Source: Candidatus Gottesmanbacteria bacterium
GTDB lineage: Bacteria; Patescibacteriota; Microgenomatia; UBA10105; UBA927
Reading direction: 5' to 3'
DNA length: 64,000 nt
Assembly: GCA_963701185.1 (NCBI GenBank)
Contig: OY969569.1
Location: forward strand, 731,548 to 795,547
The position numbers and the translations under genes are program-made. Below are positions 56,713 through 64,000 of the stretch, one piece after another (the stretch's first letter is position 1; every line of letters starts with the position of its first letter). The notes under the pieces were generated by a model. The model saw only the letters and a program-made list of their open reading frames with translations. It had not been told where the DNA came from and did not search any database.

Positions 56713-57413
56713 ATTCCCTCCTTTGTATAATACCGTTTTAATAAGCTTTCGGCGAGTATTGAAAGTGAACTATAGACGGGAATCGGATAATTGGCTGGAA
56801 AAACGAGCGGCAACTCCGTGCAACCGAGAACAATACCGTCGACGTATTCATTCGTTACTATATTTTCGGCCAGCCGAACTAATTTCTTCTGCAGAAATTT
56901 CCTGTCCCCTCCCTCAATGACCCCGCGGATAATATTTTCAATCTCCCCGTAATATTTTTCCGGCGGCACAACACACGAAACTCCATGTCGCGACAAGGCT
57001 TTTTGATATAACCCAAGCTTCAGAGACGTCGGAGATGCTAAAAGCAATACGCGTTTATGACGTACTGACGCTTTTGTTACAACTTCATCCACAACGGATA
57101 CAAACGATACCGATGTCTGTTTTTGCAGGCGGCCGCTAAGTAAACACGCGGTATTGCATGCAATCGAGATGACAGTCGCTCCATACCGAGCCAACCGCCT
57201 CGTCCGGTCCTCTAGCATAACAGCCGCCTTTTCCATCTCCCGTGTATCGGAGAGAAAATCCGGTACCGGCACAGAATCAATGAGAATCTCGGGGAAATCA
57301 TCGTTATTCCGGGCGCCATAGCGCTGCTTTGCCCCATCAATAAGCAAACGATAGAGCTCCGCGCTCGCTTGCGGCCCCATGCCACCGATAATCCCGATCA
57401 TTTTTTGTTTCAT
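56709..57413 (-). CDS. Aspartate/glutamate racemase family protein
   Basis: IGIIGGMGPQAS, ACNTA and GCTELPL motifs. Confidence 0.85.
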   Translation of the reverse strand: MKQKMIGIIGGMGPQASAELYRLLIDGAKQRYGARNNDDFPEILIDSVPVPDFLSDTREMEKAAVMLEDRTRRLARYGATVISIACNTACLLSGRLQKQTSVSFVSVVDEVVTKASVRHKRVLLLASPTSLKLGLYQKALSRHGVSCVVPPEKYYGEIENIIRGVIEGGDRKFLQKKLVRLAENIVTNEYVDGIVLGCTELPLVFPANYPIPVYSSLSILAESLLKRYYTKEGI

Positions 57414-57464
57414 AATTGGCTTTCGTGGCGCCCCGTCAATTGACGGGGCGCCACATTGTTTTTT

Positions 57465-58775
57465 CTATTCCATTCTCCCCTCTAAAAACTCCTCATAGGC
57501 ACCCAGATCCAACAATCCGTGCCCGGAAAGGTTAAAAAGAATCGTTTTCTTTTTCCCTTCCTTTTTGGCACGAATGGCCTCAACAATCACATGCTTAATG
57601 GCATGTGCAGATTCAGGAGCCGGGATAATTCCCTCGGTTTGAGCAAAAAGCTTCGCCGCCTCAAACACTTCCGTTTGCCCGTACGCCACCGCTTCGATCA
57701 GCTTCTTGTAATACAAAAAGCACACAAGCGGCGCGTCCCCGTGATAGCGCAATCCTCCTGCGTGAATCGGTGACGGCACGTAGTCGCTCCCTACCGTATA
57801 CATTTTCATGAGCGGCGTGAGCCCGGCCGTATCGCCCGAGTCGTACCGATACTGCCCGCGGGTTAGCGACGGACATGCAGTCGGTTCGACGGCAACAATC
57901 CGCAGGTGTTTCTTCTTGCCGGAGAGTTTATCCGCAACAAACGGAAAACTAATCCCCGCGAGATTGCTCCCTCCCCCGCAACACCCGATGACGATATCAG
58001 GATACTCACCCTCTTTGGCAATCTGCCTCATCGCCTCCTGACCGATAATGGTCTGGTGCAGCATCACATGATTAAGGACGCTCCCAAGCGCATAATGCGT
58101 GTTTGGCGTCGTTGCGGCCACCTCAATTGCCTCGGAAATCGCCATCCCCAGGCTTCCGGTTGTATCTGGATCCTTTTTCAGGAACGCCCGGCCGGCCACC
58201 GTTTCGTTTGACGGGCTGGCAACAACCTTTGCCCCGTACAGATGCATAACCGTTTTCCTGTACGGCTTATGGTCATAGGACGTCCGCACCATAAACACCC
58301 GGCACTTCATGTCAAACAATTTGCATGCAAGTGCGAGTGCCGATCCCCACTGACCGGCTCCGGTTTCGGTCGTAAGACCCGTAATCCCCTCTTTTTTGTT
58401 GTAATACGCCTGCGCGATGGCGGTATTCAACTTGTGACTCCCGACCGCTGAAACGCCTTCATACTTAAAATAAATATGTGCCGGCGTCCCCAGCGCTTTT
58501 TCCAACCGCTTCGCCCGCAATAAGGGCGTCGGCCGGTACGTCGCGTACAACTCCCGCACCTCGTCCGGTATGGGAATTTCCTTTTCCAATGAAACCTCCT
58601 GCCTGATAAGCTCCATTGGAAACAGCCGTGCCAAAGCCTCCGGGCCGATCGGCTGTTTCGTCTTCGGGTCCAACGGCGGCGCTGGCAATTCTCCGAGATA
58701 TTTCTTCAAATAATACGGGAGATTGAGATATGTTTTGGGTAGCTCCCGACTATCCAATATATTCATTTTTTTCAT
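57465..58775 (-). CDS. trpB: Tryptophan synthase beta-like PLP enzyme, TrpB2 type
   Basis: PLP-lysine region GSHKLNTA and a TrpB2-type N-terminal extension. Confidence 0.85.
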   Translation of the reverse strand: MKKMNILDSRELPKTYLNLPYYLKKYLGELPAPPLDPKTKQPIGPEALARLFPMELIRQEVSLEKEIPIPDEVRELYATYRPTPLLRAKRLEKALGTPAHIYFKYEGVSAVGSHKLNTAIAQAYYNKKEGITGLTTETGAGQWGSALALACKLFDMKCRVFMVRTSYDHKPYRKTVMHLYGAKVVASPSNETVAGRAFLKKDPDTTGSLGMAISEAIEVAATTPNTHYALGSVLNHVMLHQTIIGQEAMRQIAKEGEYPDIVIGCCGGGSNLAGISFPFVADKLSGKKKHLRIVAVEPTACPSLTRGQYRYDSGDTAGLTPLMKMYTVGSDYVPSPIHAGGLRYHGDAPLVCFLYYKKLIEAVAYGQTEVFEAAKLFAQTEGIIPAPESAHAIKHVIVEAIRAKKEGKKKTILFNLSGHGLLDLGAYEEFLEGRME

Positions 58776-58870
58776 AGTTTCTCCTTAAATAACTTGTTTA
58801 TACGAAAGAGCAAGCGACTCGTTTCGCCAATACTCTCGTCCTTTTGTTTTACAAAATCGTAATTTCATAG

Positions 58871-59266
58871 TTATAATAATGTCTGAATTGTTATTGCTCT
58901 TGATTTCGGACGATCAACAATCAAATGTCGCGTGGTCCTCGATGGGAACACGTGTTTTACATTTGCCTTCGCTATCACAGCCTCTTTTAGTATCTGCATC
59001 TGCAAATCTTTCCGTCGTAAATACACTTTCACGTTTGGACTAAAATAGTCGACAAAATACACCGGCATCTTTTTCACGCCTATTTGTTTCAGGACGGTGT
59101 AACGATGGTGACCGTCCAAAATTACGTACGACCGCCGATCCACAACAATCGGTTTATTAATCGCCCCGTTCGCTTCAATTTTTTTTTGTAGCTTACAAAG
59201 CCGGTTCTTATCGATTTTCTCGTGACATTTAAGCTTGCGTATGTCTACCAGCATAATTTTTTTCAT
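58871..59266 (-). CDS. ParB-like nuclease domain (ParB/Srx fold) protein
   Basis: ILDGHHR motif in a 131-aa protein. Confidence 0.65.
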   Translation of the reverse strand: MKKIMLVDIRKLKCHEKIDKNRLCKLQKKIEANGAINKPIVVDRRSYVILDGHHRYTVLKQIGVKKMPVYFVDYFSPNVKVYLRRKDLQMQILKEAVIAKANVKHVFPSRTTRHLIVDRPKSRAITIQTLL

Positions 59267-59267
59267 A

Positions 59268-59341
59268 GGCAGGCGGAGTAGGACTTGAACCTACAATCAC
59301 TTGTTTTGGAGACAAGTGCTCTACCATTGAGCTATCCGCCT
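59268..59341 (-). tRNA. tRNA-Trp (anticodon CCA)
   Basis: Minus strand reads AGGCGGATAGCTCAATGGTAGAGCACTTGTCTCCAAAACAAGTGATTGTAGGTTCAAGTCCTACTCCGCCTGCC. It folds into a cloverleaf with an A1:U72 pair, a CCA anticodon and a GGTTCAAGTCC T-arm. Confidence 0.8.
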
Positions 59342-59642
59342 AAACACACAAAAAGCCCGTACAAATACCCACTCGTTGGATACTTGTACGGGCCTTTGCG
59401 GCTGTGCCACCGTACGCTGTCCGCTTCACTAAAAAGCTCCCTTACGGGAGCGTCAGATGAGGCGGACCTTCTTCTTGACGCACTCCACTTTCGCGACATG
59501 CGTTCCTGTCTTTTTACGGTTTCGGCTCCGTACTTGATTTAAGAGTCAGCTTGCCCCGATTATATCGGGGCTGACCCGGTTCCAACCCTCCGGATCAACG
59601 CTTGTATTAACTTAGTGAGAAGTATATCACATCCATTCTTTC

Positions 59643-59672
59643 TTGACAAGTTCGCTTGTTTTCAGTTATAAT
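59643..59672 (+). promoter_or_regulatory. Near-consensus sigma70 promoter for the MazE-like/Doc operon
   Basis: TTGACA (59643-59648), a 17-18 nt spacer, then TATAAT. A GGAGG RBS follows 7 nt before ATG 59697. Confidence 0.5.
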
Positions 59673-59696
59673 GGCGTTATAACGGAGGTAACAATT

Positions 59697-59942
59697 ATGT
59701 TGCAAAAAATTATTCGCGTTGGAAATTCACTCGCAGTCACACTTCCAAGACAATTTACAGACGAAGCAAAATATAAAGCTGGCGATATGGTTCAAGTCGA
59801 AACAAATTCATCAATAAAATCTGTATACGTCCGCCCGTCAACCGATAATCAAACACCCGGACTTACGCCGGAATTTAAAACATGGCTTGACGAGGTTGTT
59901 AAAAATGAAGCAGATATTATTAAATCACTCGCAAAAGTATGA
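59697..59942 (+). CDS. AbrB/MazE/SpoVT-type antitoxin
   Basis: IIRVGNSLAVTLPRQF swapped-hairpin motif. 4-nt overlap with the Doc gene. Confidence 0.7.
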   Translation: MLQKIIRVGNSLAVTLPRQFTDEAKYKAGDMVQVETNSSIKSVYVRPSTDNQTPGLTPEFKTWLDEVVKNEADIIKSLAKV

Positions 59943-60322
59943 AGTATGTCACGCTCGAAGAGGTTATAGTCATTCATTTGACCATGATTCGGGTGGGCGG
60001 CGGCCGGGGAGATTTACTAGATTTCACGCTTCTTCATAGCGCGATTGAACGGCCAAAAACAACATTTGGCGGACAAGAACTCTATCCAACGATCTGGAAG
60101 AAAGCAGCCGCACTTCTCCATTCGCTCGTAAAAAACTACCCATTTGATGACGGAAATAAACGAACTGCATATTATACGACAAAACGTTTTTTACATATCA
60201 ATGGATTTGAACTTTTTGCACCAGAAAAAACAGTTATTCCATTTATGGTTTCTGTCGATGTTAAAAATCTTACATTGCAACAAATTGCTTCGTGGCTTAA
60301 AGAGCATTGCACAAAACTATAA
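59939..60322 (+). CDS. doc: Doc (death-on-curing) Fic-fold toxin
   Basis: YPFDDGNKRTA, i.e. the HxFx(D/N)GNKR Doc motif. Confidence 0.8.
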   Translation: MKYVTLEEVIVIHLTMIRVGGGRGDLLDFTLLHSAIERPKTTFGGQELYPTIWKKAAALLHSLVKNYPFDDGNKRTAYYTTKRFLHINGFELFAPEKTVIPFMVSVDVKNLTLQQIASWLKEHCTKL

Positions 60323-60330
60323 CGGGTGAA

Positions 60331-60381
60331 TTCAAATTTTCTGCGCGCAGATACCTCGGAATGAGGACGCGAGCACAGAAA
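60331..60381. terminator. Possible bidirectional hairpin between the convergent doc and yraN genes
   Basis: Imperfect inverted repeat AAATTTTCTGCGCGCAG...GAGCACAGAAAATTT. Confidence 0.3.
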
Positions 60382-60399
60382 ATTTAGATGAGCCTGTTC

Positions 60400-60786
60400 T
60401 CAACATACATTCTCATAATGCGTGAGGCGCACCACTTCGTTATCCACCCCCAACACAACCGCTACCACGTCAATGCGGCACAGGACGGATCCGCCTTTCA
60501 AATACATCGTTGCCATATTGCGGATCCGATGTAATTTACCGGGGCCGATCATTTCCTCGGGGAGGCCGAAATCAACACCTATTTTCGTTTTCACCTCGAC
60601 AAAAACTAGTACGTCTTTATCTTTTGCGATGATATCGATCTCTCCGAATTTATTGGAAAAATTACGTTCGAGAATCGTATATCCCTTTTTCTGAAGCGTT
60701 CGGGCGGCAATATCCTCTCCGACATGACCGGTAGAACGATTGAATTGTTTCATTGATATGCGGCGAGCCTGTTTTTTCGCGCGCAA
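60400..60786 (-). CDS. yraN: YraN-family (UPF0102) endonuclease-like protein
   Basis: GEDIAARTLQKKGYTILERNFSNKFGEIDIIA...VFVEVKTK. Confidence 0.75.
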   Translation of the reverse strand: MRAKKQARRISMKQFNRSTGHVGEDIAARTLQKKGYTILERNFSNKFGEIDIIAKDKDVLVFVEVKTKIGVDFGLPEEMIGPGKLHRIRNMATMYLKGGSVLCRIDVVAVVLGVDNEVVRLTHYENVC

Positions 60787-60833
60787 TCATCCGAAGGGCG
60801 TGAGCACGAAAAAACATGACGAGCCGCTGATTA

Positions 60834-62363
60834 TTATGTTAATTGCTTATACTGCAACGCCTCCGCCATATGGACTGGTAATATCGTATTTTCCGCAGCC
60901 AAATCCGCAATCGTGCGGGCAACTTTTATGAGGCGCATATAACTGCGCGCGGAGAAATCATATTTTTCCGCCGCCATTTTCAGGAAATTTTCCGCTTCCG
61001 GAGTAAGATTGCAATAAAGTTTTACCTCACGGTTGCGCATCTGGGAGTTGGTATAAAGACCGGTCCCGGCAAAACGTTTCGATTGAATGCCCCTGGCGCG
61101 GATTACGGATTTTTTTGCTTCTTTTGAATCAAGCGACGGACTGGTATGCTCCTTCGTAATCGATAATTTCTCCACCTCAACCGGCGCTACCATCACGGTG
61201 AGATCGATGCGGTCCAAAATGGGACCGGAAATCCGGTGGCGGTATTTGGCAATCTGACGCTCCGTGCATTTGCATTCCCGCCGGGGATGTCCCAGATACC
61301 CGCACGGACAGGGATTGATAGCGGCAATCAAGGTAAAGCTTGCCGGATACCGTACGTGGCCGGCTACCCGTACAATTTCCACCGTGCCGTCCTCCATCGG
61401 CTGGCGAAGGCTTTCCAGGACGCTTCGCGGAAATTCCGGCATTTCATCCAGGAATAAAACGCCTAAATGGGCTAAACTTACCTCGCCCGGCAAAGGATTG
61501 GTTCCCCCGCCGATGACACCTGCGGCCGACACGCCGTGATGCGGGCTGCGAAATGAGCGTTTTTTCATAAGAGCCACTCCCGGCGGCAGTAATCCCGAAA
61601 TCGAAAATATCCGCGTCACCTCAAGCGCTTCCGCGTCGGTTAATGGCGGTAATATGCCGGGTAATGCGCGGGCCAGCATCGTCTTGCCCGTTCCGGGCGG
61701 ACCCCACATGAGGACGTTGTGCCCGCCGGAGGCGGCAATCACAAGCGCCCGTTTTGCCTGCTCCTGACCGGCAATTTCTTTCAGGTCAAAATCGATGGGG
61801 ATATCGTCATCCGCAACGATATATTCTCTGTGCGCAAGCGCCGGAATCGTTTTTTCTCCTGTGATATGCAGAACGAGATCTGCAAGCATAGTAACGGGAA
61901 GTACCGTCACATCAGATACCACGCCTGCCTCCGCGGCCGACGGGGTGGGGACAAAAATAACAGCTTCTTTCTTTTTTGCCGCATGAAGAGCTAAGAGTAA
62001 AATACCGCGTGTGGGTCGGAGCGTTCCGTCAAGAGAAAGCTCACCATAAAAATAGATATTTCCTTTGGGTAATATAAGCTGTCCGCTTGCGATAAGCACG
62101 CCCACGGCAATCGGCAAATCATACGCAGCCCCGTCTTTTGGCAGATCTGCAGGCGCCAGATTGACGGTTATTTTTTTCGGCGGAAAATCAAAACCGGAAT
62201 TGATCATCGCCGTTTTCACCCGCTCACGCGCCTCTTCAACCGCCTTACTTGCCAAGCCCACAATCGTAAAACCGGGAAAACCCGCCGTCGCCACGTCCAC
62301 CTCGACATCAACGGGTACGGTTTCAAGTCCGACGTTGGCGACAGAATTAATTTTCACTAACAT
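60834..62363 (-). CDS. comM: YifB/ComM family Mg-chelatase-like AAA+ ATPase
   Basis: Walker A GPPGTGKTM. Confidence 0.9.
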   Translation of the reverse strand: MLVKINSVANVGLETVPVDVEVDVATAGFPGFTIVGLASKAVEEARERVKTAMINSGFDFPPKKITVNLAPADLPKDGAAYDLPIAVGVLIASGQLILPKGNIYFYGELSLDGTLRPTRGILLLALHAAKKKEAVIFVPTPSAAEAGVVSDVTVLPVTMLADLVLHITGEKTIPALAHREYIVADDDIPIDFDLKEIAGQEQAKRALVIAASGGHNVLMWGPPGTGKTMLARALPGILPPLTDAEALEVTRIFSISGLLPPGVALMKKRSFRSPHHGVSAAGVIGGGTNPLPGEVSLAHLGVLFLDEMPEFPRSVLESLRQPMEDGTVEIVRVAGHVRYPASFTLIAAINPCPCGYLGHPRRECKCTERQIAKYRHRISGPILDRIDLTVMVAPVEVEKLSITKEHTSPSLDSKEAKKSVIRARGIQSKRFAGTGLYTNSQMRNREVKLYCNLTPEAENFLKMAAEKYDFSARSYMRLIKVARTIADLAAENTILPVHMAEALQYKQLT

Positions 62364-63198
62364 AATATTTTCCTCCTCGTTCCGTCAACTGACCGGTTAC
62401 GGTAAGGAGTGATAATTGCGCGCCTATATCCGATACAGGTTTATGAAGTTTTCTGGCAATATCATTTGCGGTTAATACACTTTCCTGAAGAAGTTGAAGG
62501 AGCGGATCTTTCATAATCGGCAGCGGTTTTGGCGTATCACCCAACCACATACGGGCATACCCCTGATCAATAAGTGCGTTGGTACCGGAGGATGTCCGGC
62601 TCGTAATTTCTCCCGGGACAGCCCACAGCCGGCGTTTGAGCTTACGGGCGATATTGGCGGTAATCAGGGACCCGCTTTTGACCGCCGCTTCAACAACGAT
62701 GATGTCTTCCGAAAGGGTGGCGACGATGCGGTTTCGTACCGGAAAGGTCCACAAGGTCGGCTTTTGATCTTCCCACTCGCTCAACAGTAATCCGCCGGAT
62801 GAAACAATACGGTCGGCAATTTTCCGGTCAGCGCCCTCCAAAACCCGTGTTATCCCCCACCCCAACACCGCAATGGTCTTGCCGCCGCTCTCCATACACA
62901 CTTCGTGAGCGTATTGGTCCACGCCATACATAAATCCGGAGACGATGGTCTTTTTTTCAAAGACGAGACGGGGAACGATTTTTTCAATAACGCGCCGGCC
63001 ATAGTCGGTCATGCGGCGTGCGCCGACAATCGCCACACAGGAGTCAAAAATTTCCGGATTCCACTTTCCCGCATAGAACAATTCCTTTGGAGGATTTGAC
63101 AGATCCGCGAGTCTCGCCAATTCGGGGAGTTTTTTCCAATTCTCCACCCGTCTATGAGGCAGCATATATGTAAGGATACCATACCCGTCGCCAATCAT
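62347..63198 (-). CDS. dprA: DNA processing protein DprA (Smf)
   Basis: Rossmann-like AIVGARRMTDYG motif. Confidence 0.85.
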   Translation of the reverse strand: MIGDGYGILTYMLPHRRVENWKKLPELARLADLSNPPKELFYAGKWNPEIFDSCVAIVGARRMTDYGRRVIEKIVPRLVFEKKTIVSGFMYGVDQYAHEVCMESGGKTIAVLGWGITRVLEGADRKIADRIVSSGGLLLSEWEDQKPTLWTFPVRNRIVATLSEDIIVVEAAVKSGSLITANIARKLKRRLWAVPGEITSRTSSGTNALIDQGYARMWLGDTPKPLPIMKDPLLQLLQESVLTANDIARKLHKPVSDIGAQLSLLTVTGQLTERGGKYYVSEN

Positions 63199-63283
63199 GG
63201 TACAATACGCTAACTAACCCTTTCTGTTGGTGACCCCATGGGTCAGGTAATAGTAAGGTAACCTAAGGAGGTGAATACTATTT

Positions 63284-63652
63284 ATGGCACTTAAATTATT
63301 TGTTGGGGGACTTTCATGGGACACGACAGACGACTCGCTCAAAACTTTTTTTGCGGCAGCCGGTACGGTCACCAGCGCGAAAATTATCACTGATAAGTTT
63401 TCCGGAAAATCCCGCGGATTTGGTTTTGTCGAAATGAGCTCAGACGATGAAGCGAAGAAAGCTATCGCCGACTTAAACGGCAAGACGCTTGACGGACGTG
63501 CAATCGTCGTCAATGAAGCCAAACCGATGGCTCCGCGCGAAAATCGCGGATTCGGAGGCGGCGGCAGTGGATATCGAGGCGGCGGCGGAGGTGGAAGAGA
63601 TTTCCACGGAGGCGGCCGAGGAGGAGATGATCGCGGAGGACGGAATTGGTAA
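63284..63652 (+). CDS. RRM-type RNA-binding protein with a Gly/Arg-rich tail
   Basis: RNP2 LFVGGL and RNP1 RGFGFVEM, then GGGGSGYRGGGGGGRD. A GGAGGTGA RBS precedes it. Confidence 0.85.
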   Translation: MALKLFVGGLSWDTTDDSLKTFFAAAGTVTSAKIITDKFSGKSRGFGFVEMSSDDEAKKAIADLNGKTLDGRAIVVNEAKPMAPRENRGFGGGGSGYRGGGGGGRDFHGGGRGGDDRGGRNW

Positions 63653-63680
63653 GCGTATTTGTTTATAAACAAAACAATAA

Positions 63681-63705
63681 AAGCCCCGCAAAACGGGGCT
63701 TTTAT
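63681..63705 (+). terminator. Rho-independent terminator of the RRM gene
   Basis: GCCCCG-CAAAA-CGGGGC followed by TTTTAT. Confidence 0.6.
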
Positions 63706-64000
63706 GTATTTGGTTGCGGGGCCAGGAGGCGCGCCTGGTCTAGAAGATTATGCTTCCCTGTTATTCTCTCATTCCTGAAAGTGTCGGACTATATCATTCC
63801 CCCTTTTCTATCTACAAGGAGGGGACTTGGCGTATAGTCTCTACGGACTCTCTCCGATTGAATCGGAGGTTGCCTCGGTATTGCCCGGTCTGGGTTTCAC
63901 CGATACAGCCAAATTTTCATCCGATATTTGCATATCGACGGGCCCATTTTGAGCCTTCTGTGCGACTCTACACTACCCCGCGCTGTTTAAAGAACATTGT

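Noticed and set aside
63473-63691. 72-aa minus-strand ORF
   Set aside because: It is antisense to the RRM gene's Gly/Arg-rich tail. It is repeat-driven and spurious.

Overview
This 64-kb window is compact, gene-dense bacterial chromosome with about 90 genes. It has many 4-nt start/stop overlaps, an ATP-dependent DNA ligase and an unlinked rRNA operon. By inference only, the style fits a reduced-genome, Patescibacteria/CPR-like organism. No database search could be run. The window holds six blocks.

(1) A partial rRNA operon sits on the minus strand, ordered tRNA-Ala(UGC), 23S, 5S, with no 16S nearby. The 23S gene is interrupted by two related ORF-less group I introns at classical LSU hotspots, near E. 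coli positions 1931 and 2593.

(2) A thioredoxin block (trxA, trxB, an FNR-like reductase) contains an embedded VapBC-like pair.

(3) The most unusual feature is a roughly 14-kb copper/thiol-redox island at 12.4-26.8 kb. It has two divergent arms around an OmpR/HisKA two-component system. One arm carries CopZ, a frameshifted CopA P-type ATPase, two YHS mini-proteins (one absent from the ORF track), an HMBD protein, two DUF2933-like mini-proteins (both absent from the track), three CcdA/DsbD-superfamily membrane proteins (one fused to a cupredoxin-like domain with altered ligands), a TlpA-like redoxin, a sortase and an ICMT-family methyltransferase. The other arm carries a rhodanese fused to an unrecognised Cys-rich domain, then VKOR, a Crp regulator and an SDR.

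(4) A long minus-strand housekeeping array runs pth, a PRTase, a PHP protein, a GT2, DNA ligase, a small TM protein and Fic.

(5) A tryptophan module comprises TrpRS with a C-terminal EMAP/Myf tRNA-binding domain, an Asp racemase, TrpB2, a ParB-like nuclease and tRNA-Trp(CCA). Next to it is a MazE-like/Doc TA pair behind a consensus sigma70 promoter.

(6) A YraN-ComM-DprA cluster is followed by an RRM protein with a clean intrinsic terminator.

No CRISPR array, reverse transcriptase, transposase or integrase was seen. All coordinates are +/-1-3 nt, and functional calls rest on motif recognition by eye.
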